Positions 14,401 through 26,605 of a DNA stretch of 64,000 bases are shown one piece after another (positions within the stretch are counted from its first letter, which is position 1; each line of letters starts with the position of its first letter). The DNA lies in NCBI GenBank assembly GCA_040954595.2, contig CM082579.2, positions 15,166,550 to 15,230,549 of the forward strand, in the 5' to 3' direction. Made by a program: the position numbers and the translations under genes. Under the pieces are notes generated by a model, which saw only the letters and a program-made list of their open reading frames with translations, was not told the origin of the DNA and made no database searches. The DNA is from Balanoglossus misakiensis (Eukaryota > Animalia > Hemichordata).

Positions 14401-17400
14401 CAAAGTAGTGACCAACATCGCACCTCTCTGCAATAGACATCATTGTTGAAAAATTATTTTTTCAACCAAAGAGATGAACATTCCAATTGTCATTCTTTCC
14501 ATATTGGATCACACCACAATAATTTGATATATACGTCACAATTCCCGGCAAGGGGTATGGGGTTTTATCGGGCCAGTGGCATGAGTGAGGCTAGACGCTA
14601 GTTTTGGAATACGGCTAGATACTAGGCTATGGCTGTGGACGAGGAGGAGATATTGCCTTCTGTTATACATACCAAAACACTGCAAGATGGATAATGATTT
14701 CTTTCCCCTGGTGACTCCATTATTTGGACAGGCATTGCATGCTGTTTGTCCTTCAAGGGGTTGATAATATCCAATTGCACAAGGATGGCACTGACTCAGC
14801 TCAGTGTCATGGTACGACCCTTCAGGACACAATACTGTGGAAATACAAAATGTTGAAGGCAGATGTATACATTGTTCATGTACTGATCATTATGCATTAA
14901 TGGTTTAAAACACAACTACAATTGTAACACACAGCATTCATTTTGGCCAGTTTTTCACTCTTGTGTCTACAAGTGGGATTGCAGTTGTGTGTGGTTGAAT
15001 GTTGATTCACTATATATCCACATGTAGAATAACATTAACTGTGTCTTCTATCAAACATAATTAATGGAAAAAGGGCAGCGAGAAAGAGACTTTGTCCCTC
15101 CTTGGTATGAGCATATCAAATCAATTATTTCCTTATATCACCTCTTGGTTGGGTTGTATTTACCACTCACACTTGTCTTTAATTTGTACACTGCGACTCA
15201 CAACCACACTCGCAGCAATACGGCCCACCTAACAGGTCATATCAGGCGATATAAACATATTAACATCTACACCTTTTTATAATATTAATTTTGGACACAG
15301 TTTTAATCCTTTCACCACCATGGTTCAGTCCAAACCAATTGTTTTCTATGGTAAGGTTTGACCTCTATAGAGGAAACTGGGAGTGAAAGGGTTAAAGTAC
15401 ATAACAACTGAGGAGTATAGGCACTCACCACATTCTTCTCCAACAAGAACACTACCATTGGAACAGAATATTGTACTTTCAACTTGTAATGTCTCAGCGT
15501 CGACCGAATATTCAGCTGTATCAAAAGGACCATTCTTGACTGCATCTTCAATAACTACAGCTGCAGCATCAGCAGAGCTAATGGATAAAACAACAGGCAA
15601 AAAATTCTTACATATGCCACATTACAATACCAACCAGAAGTGTGTACTGTAAACTGAATTGTTTTCACGACAGGAAATTTTCGCGATATTAAAAGAGGCG
15701 ACTGTTACGTGAGGACGAATTTTCGAGTTCTCGTATTTCACTAACTGCATCATTATCTCCAAAAACATTTTACACAACTTTTTATTTTAACGTTTTTTTG
15801 ACCAGCACATGTTTTGCAGAAATTTACTGCTCGCGAAAATAACACGTTTTGCAGTATATTTCGAATGCATGAATCTTTAGAATACAGGATGCCGCAACAT
15901 GAAGGAAGGTGGGCAGAAATGATGGGGTTGCCAAAAACTGAAAATGTTTGAGTGTTAAGACACAAAATAATTTGTTTTCACTTGCATGAATGGAATATTT
16001 TGCAATAATGCAAACACCAGCTGTATAGGGAATACAGAGCTGGTCCTCACACAGCCTGGGATCAGTACCCTAGACATGTCACCAAAGTCATTTCAATAGA
16101 ACAGAAGGGGAATGAAATACTCGAAAAATAACAATTACTACTCACGCATTGGTTGTGAAACTGAACTGAACCACAAGCTGAGTATCAGCCTGTCTCTTTC
16201 TTCGGTTTGAGGCGCCGCAGGTTATTTCAAGGTCATCAAAGTTGCATTCACCGCCACAAATACCAAACAAATCATTCAGATAGTTGATAGTGTTCATAAA
16301 ACTGATCCTCAATTGCTGGATGACACCATTGTTACATGTACCAGCCTGTGAATTGTATGACACGCCACAATTCACTCCACGTTGAGTCTTCCCAGGAGCT
16401 GCAGTAGAACAATACAAACAAACAAATTTTGTTAAAGATGCAATTTTCAATCTAGCGAACGATGTATTGACTTAGACTGCGAAACCGCTTAGCCAATCAG
16501 GAAAGTTGCAGCTGCTTACCCAGAACAAAATATTAAGAAAATAGCTCAAATGTACTGGAGCTTTATATTGGGGTAAGCAGATATGATGTTAACAAATTAT
16601 CTACCTGTAATCACAACCTTGACATACTGTAAAGCAAGAATTTGCATTACTCATATTTCTCTTTTCATTTATAACTAAAAGAAAATTGTCTCAATGCTGG
16701 AATACCCCCTCTCACAACTCTCTCTCTCTTTGGAGAATTTTCTGAATGTGCATGTGCAACCTGATTATATTTCTTTACTGATACCAAATCATTTTTTTCT
16801 CACCTGAACATCCAGGGAAGGTGAATTCCTCGTCTGGATTCTCAGGATTAAAAGATCCTTCACTATGGCAGAGATAGTAAGGTGCTGGCAGGCTTGCAAA
16901 CTTGTATCCTGGTAAACAATCCACCTGACAGGACACACCCGACTCAAACTCATTACAGATGGAAATACCTTTAACTGGTGGTGCTGGCTTTTCACAATCA
17001 AATGATGTAAAAGAAAGGAGAACACAGTTTATTTGTCTATATATATATTTTTAATTTTATTTCATCTATCATCCAACAGGCAAATACTACCCAAATGTCT
17101 GTGTCTCATATATCATCCAACAGGCAAATACTACCCAAATGTCCAGGTCTAGGTAACGAACCCACAACCCTAGCCACTAGGGCACAATGCCTCTTTTACC
17201 AGGTTCACACAGGGTAAAATTTGAGACACTATTTGCCAGTGCTAACCACAGAGCATTAATCCTTTGAGTCATGTTGTGTCCACACACACAAAGTTTATGT
17301 ATGGGCGCTGAGGCTCGGCCCCATAGACAATCTGAGACGTTTCAGGACCACTTACACCGTCCACACATGTTTTTTTTAAGACAGTATCAATTCTGAGATG

Positions 17401-20400
17401 CTTCAGAACTGTCTTAATGGTGTATGTGTGACACCCATATTTATTACACAGTCAAATCTTTTAAACAGAACACCAACACATTAACATGTTTCTATGTAAA
17501 AGGGACTAGGAAAAGCTGTTGGTTGAAGAGAGGTTTCCCGATTAGACAGGGTTTGTTTTAGACGGGTTTGAGTGTCCTTGTATGTTCTGAATGATGTTGT
17601 TATAATTTTTGATAGTTACATAGGGACAAAAGTGATAATGATGCAATCATATTACTGTAAAACGGCAAATTTTCCCAAACTTCGGCAAAAAAGAAGAAGA
17701 AAATAAAGTCGCATAAAATGTTTTTCAGAGATAACAGAGTAGTTAGTAAAATACTAGAATGCGGAAATTTAATTCTCGTGTCACAGTTGCCTCTTTTGAT
17801 ATATTGCAAAATATTTTCTGTCACGAAAATGTCCCGTTTTACAGTATGTGACAAGACATAACAAGGGGTAGAGATGACAATTTGTCAAGATATTAATTAA
17901 TTTGTAAAGTTTATGTATGAATGATAAAAAAATTCACTCACGCAGTACATAGAGTAAAAAGTTGCACTGTGCATTGTTGCCAGCTGTATCTGAAGCAACA
18001 TAGCTGATCTGGTAGGTTCCCCAGGAAAAGGTGTCACCTGTAAGAACAAAATTATGCACATCATTACAGGCATGGGTGCCAAAGCCAAAATAGCTTCCGT
18101 TTCTTGAATGTTTTTCATGATTTTCTTTTCAAACTTAGAATGGTCCATTTAAGTGAGCTATCTGGTGGGTATACACAGGCATATTATCAACTCCTGATTG
18201 TGACTGTACATATAAACATGAACAAGATATGTATACTAAACAGATATGGTGCCGCACACGTTTATTCAACTGCCCATTGTAAGAGAACACAACATTTGTG
18301 GTATGGGTATCCCCAGTAGTAGTGGAGAATATTAAGTACTTTACTGATTAAAGGCCTTGCTCAACAGTTGGTCAAATCTTTTGTTTCCAATAAACAATTA
18401 CGTGCAAACACAAATGCTTTCGAGTTTTAACTTCATTGTACTGCCCTGGGATCGAGGAAAGGGCCTATAAACATATGGTAATAGTATCAGCAATTGAGGC
18501 TTTAATACTTGGAAGCAAGATCATCTGTCGCACATAGGATGTGCTAGCCATATATGAGTAACGGCCACAAGAATAAACTGTACCAGTATGCTTCATACTG
18601 ACCATAATCTTAGGAAAGTTGTCTCAGCTTGTTGGTTTCTGTTTAGATCAACTCCCCACCCCACCCCGATAAAAAAAACTTAGTTAGTGTGAATGTTATA
18701 TATTATCTATAATCAGAAATGATATTTTATAGGAAACTTACCCATTGTGTAGGTTTGTGTCACATTGGCAATGGCGACATAATCTGTAAATATAGGCTCC
18801 TGCCATACTCCTGTTGTCAAGCTATTAGGACTAATTATACGGGTCGTATTGGGACAGTAAATGACTTCAGGAGCGTGTTTATCTGAAGAAAAAAAAATGA
18901 AAGAATAACAAATGTTTGTAAATTAAACAACTGGTCCACACCCCCTATGCATACACTGGTACATTTAGGTAAATGCACTACTAGATGTTAATATCTGTCA
19001 CATATTCATGAGAAATCCAGATATTGTTAAGTGCTTGTTTTCTGATACATGTGAATAGACTAGATCACTGTCAAGAAACACTACAAGATAGGACAGGAGT
19101 CATGAGATGGTATCCATAGGCATAATAACTGATATGATCAATTACACTCATGATAAGCCTAGTTCTTGGAACAGCAGAAACTGATGATGATGATGGTGAT
19201 GATGATGGTGGTGGTGGTGGTGGTGGTGATGATGATTATGATGATGATGATGGTGATGGTGGTTGTGAATAGTATCATTATATTCAGTGTTAAATACATG
19301 TACGGTAGAAACAAAAAGAGTGAGCGATACAGGCATGGGCAGATGATGATTCCCTATACTTCCTAAAGTAGGGAGATTGCAGGCTGTGTGATTGGAGTAC
19401 AACACACAGCAGCTAGGGGCTGGTGAATGTACACAGGAAAAACTACTCAAAATTTCACACAGTTTTCCCTGGACAGACACAACATTACAAGGAGAGCTGT
19501 GTTAAAGTAAGGATTTAGGATTAATCAACTCTGTGAATATGACCCAATATTTCCTCGTCAGATTATGCATAAAATTGTTTGATAGTAATGAATAAGGCTA
19601 TTTACCAACAGGTGTGCATGGTGAACCAGAGTAACCAATTGGGCACCTGGTACTTCCACAAGCTGATGGCTGGATTTTGACCACACTACCCAATAACTCT
19701 TGATCCATTTCAACCCACATGACATGATTGCCAAGTGGACTTTGTGAACAGTTCAAAGCCAGACTCTGGATTTCAACAGGAGTCAATACATAATCGTATA
19801 CATTCATCTGTGTAACATCACCATGGAAGCTAAAATAGTTGTCAAGGAGTCCATTTTCGTCATAGCTTTGACCAAGAATTACCATACAGCTGTTGAAAAA
19901 CAAGAGAATAATGAATTCATTAAAAGTGCTGGTAAGAAGTTGTCAAAAATAAACTGTGAAAATCAGTATCGTTCCGCATAAGTTTGAATTTGAAAGTGCC
20001 ACGAAGATAGCTTTGCTGATGTCCATAGTTTGCTCCCTTGATTTTTTTGGCCAGTTTTGTTGTAAGTCGCAACATGTTATGATGATATTGTATTGTCATG
20101 TAGGAGTAAGACAAGCTACCTAGCAGATAAGTTATAAACAAGATAACTGCTTCACAAATAAATGGTTCACTTCTCTTGAGGCTTGGGAAAACTTGACAGT
20201 ATAGGAAAATATAGAATTTTAACATGTGATGATGACAATTTTCTATGGCTTTGTAGGAGTTAAAATGTTCGGAGTTCCACTAGCAACTTACTTTTCTGAG
20301 TCATCGATACCTGTCCAGGATGGAAGGGGTGATGTTACTGCAACACCATTCAAGTAAACTGCCACAATGCCTTCTTCAATTACCATGACAACATTATGCC

Positions 20401-20492
20401 ACGAGTTGTCATCTACTGATACGGTTACACCATTTGTACTGACAGATAGACTTCTGTCCAGGACAAGAAGGGTACTATCAACTTGGGTTAAG
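11460..20492 (-). CDS. 3' portion of a multi-exon type-I membrane protein: pentraxin/LamG, HYR, sushi/CCP, furin-site linker, 4x GCC2/GCC3 (ephrin-receptor-like Cys-rich), 2x EGF, TM, NPxY tail (SVEP1/uninflatable-like domain set)
   Basis: Exons 20492-20292, 19889-19606, 18882-18742, 18037-17942, 17004-16804, 16398-16146, 15577-15429, 14834-14673, 14427-14266, 14021-13854, 13716-13555, 12985-12863, 12569-12441, 12173-12077, 11724-11460. All phases are compatible (about 864 codons) and introns are GT-AG except the acceptor at 17005-17006. Motifs: WHNVVMV and VILGQ..F.GDVTQMNVYDYVL (pentraxin); DKHAPEVIYCP..WQEPIFTD and FSWGTYQISYVASDTAGNNAQCNF (HYR); CPEGSY..CHPCAIGYYQ (GCC2/3); ECRLGLDDCHPNVTCRN..GYECTCKTGFTGDG (EGF-Ca); VIIGGVAGGLAAVLVLGVIMLL (TM); TAA at 11460-11462. 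Confidence 0.9.
13066..13248. mobile_element. Non-autonomous Kolobok-like MITE (intronic)
   Basis: TTAA on both sides. TIR AGGTATACGGTCACCT / AGGTGACTGTATACCT gives RR..YY ends. Confidence 0.7.
15307..15391. mobile_element. Tiny piggyBac-like MITE (intronic)
   Basis: TTAA flanks; ends TCCTTTCAC / GTGAAAGGG. Confidence 0.55.
15647..15854. mobile_element. TA-flanked MITE (Tc1/mariner-like ends)
   Basis: TA|CTGTAAA...TTTTGCAG|TA. A related element lies at 17655-17844. Confidence 0.55.
17655..17844. mobile_element. TA-flanked MITE (Tc1/mariner-like ends)
   Basis: TA|CTGTAAAACGG...CCGTTTTACAG|TA. Confidence 0.6.
19182..19262. repeat. (GAT/GGT)n microsatellite (intronic)
   Basis: Read directly; it explains the spurious poly-His and poly-Met ORFs. 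Confidence 0.9.
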
Positions 20493-20729
20493 CTGCCAAG
20501 AAATTCAAAACAGAGATTAGACATAAATCGGTGCATCAGCTGGTACTTTTGGGAAATTATCACACTTTTTTCAAACTGCACCACCTTTAGCCCATACAGA
20601 AGTATGCACTGAACTATCTACAAGTATTATGAACCCTAAGTATGAGTGCATATGCAAGTTTAAACCAGACAAATAATAAATCTTCGCCGCAAAGGAATAT
20701 GGTCGCCACCGTGAGAAAATGCAAAATAC

Positions 20730-22668
20730 AATTAAAGTTGCAAGCAGCGTTGGCGGGGCACAAGCGGTTCCCATGGTAACAAGCAAATGCCAAGGCTGTA
20801 TCTGCTGTGGATACCAAGATATTGGAAAGTAGGTCAAAGGTCACCAGAGGTCACCCCAAATTTGGGCAAAAAAATCGGACCCCATACTAGTCTAGGTCCA
20901 ACAAAAACCAAACACCTAGCTCTATTGGTTCGCCTAGAATTAGGTATGCGCATAATTAATGAGGTCTTGTGTAAGACTCCATATCTGCTCCATCGGCCCT
21001 CCAAAAGTCAGGACTCTAACTGCTGTGGATGCTGAGATATGGGAAATTAGATCAAAGGTCATCCAAGGTCACCCAAAATTTGGGCATAAAATGTTGACCC
21101 CAGAGTGGGCCATGTCCAACTAAAACCAGACCTCTAGCCCTATTGGTTAGCCTGGAATTAGATATGCAGAAAAATGATGTTTTAGAAATAGGTCAAGGGT
21201 CATTGCCAAAATTACCAAAATAGTTGTGTCATGTCCTGGCAGCATTGGTACCCATGTCCACAAAATTCATGACTGTGGTGCTTTTACAAGAGGAGGTATG
21301 GGGATATGCATATATAATTAGTTGTTTTAAAACTTGGTCAATGGTCATGTCAAAATTGCCCCGAAAAATTGTAACAACTTCCGGTCATATGATGACTCAT
21401 ATCCAAAAAAAGAATTTACGTGCTGTCAACATTTTGGCTACAAAGCAGAATTTTCATTTTTCAATTGTTTTCCGAAAATCCAACATGGCCGCCATAATGA
21501 TCGACCAATCACAGTGCGCTTCGCAAACTTGATAAAAATAGGTTAGGTGACCACATACCCCGAATCCTGTGACTCGGCAATCGCTGGTTCTGGAGAAGAA
21601 GATTTTTAAAGTTTTAAGTAGTTTTTCAGAAAAACAATTGTAGCAAAAAAACTTTATGTGTGACGTCATGATTTCAAGGGGGTAAAATGATGGACAGAAG
21701 GTAGGCTACCTGCACACCAAATTTGAACTCGATCGGCCCAGTAGTTTTTGAGAAGGACTCGTTTAACGATTGTCAGGAAATGCAATATGGCCGCCAGGTC
21801 ACGTGACTAATTAAATATTCACGAGCCACTGCACGTCTACTCATTGGCCCCTATCACCCTACCAAGTTTCAGCCCCCAAGGTGCAGCGGTTTTCCAGATC
21901 TACCTGGCCGAATTTCTCGGAAGAAGAAGAAGAAGAAGAATTAAAGCTGCGAGCAGCATTGTTGGGCCCAAGCGCTGATCTTGAATTATATATGCACAGT
22001 ATGAATGAGAAGAAACAGAATTTTCTATCGGATGTATTATCTCATGACATAACAAGGATGTGTGTATTTTTGCTGCTGAAATAGGGTGAAGTAGGTCAAA
22101 GGTCACCTGAGGTCACCCAACATTTGGGCAATTTTTTTTTACCCATACTGGTCCATGTCCAACAAAAACCAAAACTCTAGCTCTATTGGTTCGCCTGTAA
22201 TTAGGTATGTGCATAATTAATGAGGTCAGCAGAGGTCAAAGGGGTCATGAAAAGTAGCAAAATATTTTGATCACACACTAATCCACATTCATCAAAAACC
22301 AAACCTCTAGCCCTATAGGTTAGCCTGGAATTAGATATGCAGAAATAATAACGCGTGATAATTAGGTCAAAGGTCATGTGAAAAATCGCCAAAATTTTTT
22401 TATATATTTTAGTCACATGACGATTGATATCCATAAAAAAATTTGTATGCTATCAATTTTTGGACTAGAAAAAGGAATTTCAATTTTTCTCTGTTTTTTA
22501 CAAAATCCAATATGGCCGCCATAATCTTCGACCAATCACAATGCTCTTTGCAAAAATGATAGACATCAGTGTAGTGACCATACTCCCCGAATCTTGCGAC
22601 TCAGTCATCGCTCGTTCTGGAGAAGAAGATTTTTGGAGTTTAACTATGGTTTTACAAAAAAACAATAA
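20730..22668 (+). repeat. Dispersed non-autonomous repeat, two head-to-tail copies (second truncated)
   Basis: Copies start AATTAAAG(T/C)TGC(A/G)AGCAGC at about 20730 and 21939, with a (GAA)n run between them. They share internal subrepeats (AGGTCAAAGGTCA, AAAACCAAAC.TCTAGC.CTAT.GGTT). Family not identified. Confidence 0.6.
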
Positions 22669-23055
22669 ACCTGCTGTACCTCCGCATGTCTCCACAAGAG
22701 CTAGGAGCTCAAAATCGGTCGGACGCAGACCAGCGGTCTGTCAGGTGTAGTAACCGTAACACCAATAAAGGTAGGTTTTCATTGATTCTAATAGGTCTCC
22801 GTTCATCAACATTTCAAATATTCTCCATAATCCAGTAGGTGCCACTGTACTTGAATGAAATATTTCCTTTCAAACTTCCAAATGGTAACCGAATCTCAAA
22901 TCGCAAATCTTTCCATTTTAATAACGAAGTCGGATGCCGAAATTACCAACTCACTTTTTCTATCGGACTCCATCATTCTAATACTTTACTTCAATGTTCA
23001 AAAATTGTGTAAAACAATATCCACTCTCAATCTATATTTCAGGTTTAACGGCGTA

Positions 23056-24538
23056 ATGGCATCCCCGGCCTTTGCTCTATCATAGAGGCAAATGGTATTA
23101 TCTCTTCCAGTGGAAAAGTTGCGGAGCTGTACGTATTCTCCCTTCTATAATCTGTTCAGCCACTTCGGATTTTCTTTCCAGAATTTAAGTTCCAGAACGT
23201 TGCCATCGTGCTGCATACAAGGCACGCTAAACAGTTTCCCGTTGGCGGAATTCCGGATCTCGACATCCTCCATGACGCGCAATTTCACAGCCATGCCTTG
23301 GCTGGTTGCAGATGATGGAGCTAAGGTACGTAACAATCGCACCCCGAAACGCCTGGGCCCTTTTTTGTGTGTAGTCATTGTGGGTATGTTAACCTCCCAT
23401 GTCCTTCATTTTTAGAAATTTAGTATACAAAACTGGATGACCGATTATGTTTTAGAGACCTTTCCCGAATCCACCTGAAGCCCAGTCGGAATGTCTTAGG
23501 ATGTAACCTAAATTCAATATGGCCACCTCCATGCGTTCACTTGCATTTGAAAATACGTTGATTTTATCGTCGATTAGCGGTGTTTATTCTCAGTATCAAT
23601 TTAAACGCGGCACTCGCTCACAAGTCATATTCTAGAAAGAAAGAAAAAATGATAGTTTTGAGTACAGATTACATGTATTTTAAAACGAGGTTTGGTAACA
23701 ATGGTATCACTACTAAATGACTTACAATCGATGTTTTTAATTGTCTTTGCACCACAGTATGAATCCGGTGATGGTAAATCGCATTCAACTTAGAAGGCAT
23801 GGAGAAAGCGCAACTGATGGTAACTGGGATGCCAAACTGAAACTTTTGGGAGAGAAAACCTTGCCATGTACGGACGTGGGTGTCACAGTTAAACTTGGGT
23901 TAAATACTACAGCGACAACCGAAGTCCCGTTGAGATATGATATGTGGTAGTGCATGTCCACATGAGTGCCGTGTACTAGCCTCTCTCTCTGTAAATCCAT
24001 CCAGGCTACTGCTTTCTGTACATTGGAGAGAAATGAGAACAAGATGGTTAAATCATATTTTGTATAAGTTGGTGTTGACGAAAATAAGATGCATGTGAAT
24101 TGTAGGACTGAAATGTTTCTGTAATGAATACTAAATTAAAAGTTCACAACTTGCATGCAGATAGTAAGTGCTGGGGAAGTTGCAGGGTGGAGATTGCTTT
24201 GGTTTAGTTAACTTACTCAATCTTTGTGACTGTTGCATTTCTTGATTGATAGAGTAGTGTACATGCATTGGCAGGTTTTCTAATATGGCCTCCTCTGTAC
24301 CCAAGGTCTGGCATAAGGTGGGACACTGTAAGTATTTGCCGTCTGACACAGAAGATGCCACTTCTAGAAAAAAATAAAAAGGACAGAATGTGATTGGTAA
24401 GACACAGAGACGTGAACATGTACACAAAATGATAGGAAATTGGTGGAAGCAAGTACTGCAGTTAATACTTACTCATCTATGTCTATTCCCTCAAATATCC
24501 CTTCTACCATATCATCACCATTTGGTTCTTTTAACACC
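23056..24538. pseudogene. Scrambled OB-fold gene copy: ATG, inverted exon 1, degenerate exon 3 on +, exons 4-5 on -
   Basis: ATG at 23056. 23070-23308 is the reverse complement of exon 1 at 45136-45375. Exon 3 paralog at 23758-23930 (TDGNWDAKLKLLGEK..VTVKLG..LNTTATTEV). Minus-strand exons at about 24538-24472 (VLKEPNGDDMVEGIFEGIDID) and 24364-24213. Confidence 0.65.
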
Positions 24539-25725
24539 TTAGGGAAAAATTGAGAGTTACATTAGAAGCACCGACAATAGGAGGGGGGGGGGGGTAAGGT
24601 TTGCAGAGAACAGGTTTTTTTATGAACATTTGTGAAAATCAGAAATTAGTGACATGTAGGATTTCAATTTTATGATGTAACATTGTTTTCTTTTCAACAT
24701 CAGTTCTCTGAGTAAAAAGATGGCCATGTAAATTTTCTCTAAGTTTGTTAGAGAAATAAAGTACATGTACAACTTTAGTGTTTCACTAATTGAGTTTCAG
24801 TGTTCTTGTATTGTCTCCTTTGCCCCATGTCAACCTCAAAGTAAATATCAAATTTGCCATTTTTGACTTATTTGTCCTTGTAGTGGGCCACATAGCATTT
24901 TAGTGCAACTTATGAAAATCTGAAGAACCAAATGCCTAATTTACCCACTCTGCACAGATTTATGTCAATGGTACTGACTTGATGATCGGTATAGCGCCCT
25001 CTGTGGTAGGGGGTGGGGGTTAACCTTGCCTTTATATGTTTATCCCTGTCCGGTTCCATTCCAATTGTATCTATGGTAACCTTATTATCAGCAGTAAATG
25101 CCACAATTGTAAAACAGCAATAATTTTAGTATCAAGCACTCTGTGGAATTAAATATACCCTGTGTATTCTTTGTTTCCCATTAGTAATCATGCAACTTTG
25201 CCATTTTGGGCCTTCTGATTTGCTGTATGTGCTCACTAGTCCTTCCCAACGTCTCTGAATTAGAAGGCCATTGTCATTTGTATAGTGTAGACACATTTCA
25301 TTTTAGTACAACTGATGAAAGTCTCGTGAAAAACCAAATGCTTAATTTACCCACTGTGCAAAGATTATCTGAATGATATTGTGTTGATCGTCATATAGTA
25401 TAGCGCCCTCTGCGATAGTATTTGGATGATTGTGCCAGGGAGAAGGGGGTACTGAGGGAGCAGATGCAGATGACAGCAAGGCATATCCACTGAACAATGA
25501 GACGGTACGTGTTGTCAGCATTCAGGGAGAGTAAAAAGGGGAGCGCAAGAGACCAGGATGAAGAGACGAGCAGTATTGCATCATCTGTGGAAATAAATGC
25601 CAAGAGAAGGTAAATGTGGAAGACAAGCACTTAGGGGTTATAAACAAATGTTTTTTTGTGGACAGTTTTAGTATCAAGCATTGTGGAATTAAATATACAC
25701 AGTGTGTGTTGTGTGTTAGATAGGT

Positions 25726-25985
25726 ACATACATACATACATACATACATACATACATACATACATACATACATACATACATACATACATACATACATACA
25801 TACATACATACATACATACATACATACATACATACATGCATACATACATACATACATACATACATGCATGCATGCATGCATACATGCATGCATGCATGCA
25901 TGCATGCATGCATGCATGCATGCATGCATGCATACATACATACATACATACATACATACATACATACATACATACATACATACAT
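25726..25985. repeat. Compound (TACA)n/(TGCA)n microsatellite
   Basis: Read directly; it explains the MYVC and HTYI ORFs. Confidence 0.97.
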
Positions 25986-26020
25986 GGAAAACACACAGCA
26001 AATGGACTCCTTTTTTATCA

Positions 26021-26091
26021 TCCTCACCAGGAATCGAACCAGGATCCCTTATCACAAAGTGACAAGTGCGTTAACCATTACACCATGAGGA
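26021..26091 (-). tRNA. tRNA-Gln-like cloverleaf (tRNA pseudogene or SINE head)
   Basis: TCCTCATGGTGTAATGGTTAACGCACTTGTCACTTTGTGATAAGGGATCCTGGTTCGATTCCTGGTGAGGA: A box, B box GGTTCGATTCC, 7-bp acceptor stem, and an over-long anticodon arm. Confidence 0.55.
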
Positions 26092-26311
26092 TTGTTTTAT
26101 CTCCACTAACTGCCAACACACTGTCCAATTGCACATTCACTCACTGACATATTCAACACACCAGTTTTTTTATTTCAATAAAAATTCACAAATGCATGTG
26201 AGAAATAACAGAGAGTCAGAAATTGGCATCCACAGGAGTTACTGCATTGCTATATGGTATTATAGAGCAGCCAATGCAGTCTAACACTTTTATTAGCTTA
26301 TTAAAGGCAGA

Positions 26312-26605
26312 AAGTCTCTTTGCTGCCCTTTTTTAATAATTATGTGTGATACAAGAGACTGTTAATGTGGATATATAGTGAATCAACGTTCGACCACACA
26401 CAGCTTCCATCCCGTTTGTAGGATATGACAGTAAAAACTCGCCCAAAATGAATAAATGGTAAAGACCAATTATTCATTTTGGCAAGATTTTTCACTCTCG
26501 TGTCTACAAGCAGTGTGTGTTGTTGAATGTTGATTCACTATATATCCACATGTACATTAACATAAATGGTGTCTTGCATCAAACATAATTAATGGAAAAG
26601 GGTCC
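26312..26605. repeat. Foldback copy of a dispersed ~170-bp repeat (single arms in introns at about 12640-12790 and 14935-15092)
   Basis: Core GTTGATTCACTATATATCCACAT...ATCAAACATAATTAATGGAAAA is present inverted (26312-26425) and direct (26470-26605). Confidence 0.75.

Larger units (their letters stand above)
22669..26178 (+). repeat. Arm 1 of a large inverted duplication (partner about 30278-43090)
   Basis: Reverse-complement matches: 22669-23052 with 42702-43090; 23070-23935 with about 41205-42103; 24695-25100 with about 39430-39850; 25990-26178 with 30278-30470. Confidence 0.9.

Noticed and set aside
19148-19480. Poly-His ORF
   Set aside because: Intronic (GAT/GGT)n microsatellite.
25522-26147. 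ORFs of 100-177 aa (MYVC/HTYI repeats)
   Set aside because: Translations of the (TACA)n/(TGCA)n microsatellite; the same applies at 27764-28108.
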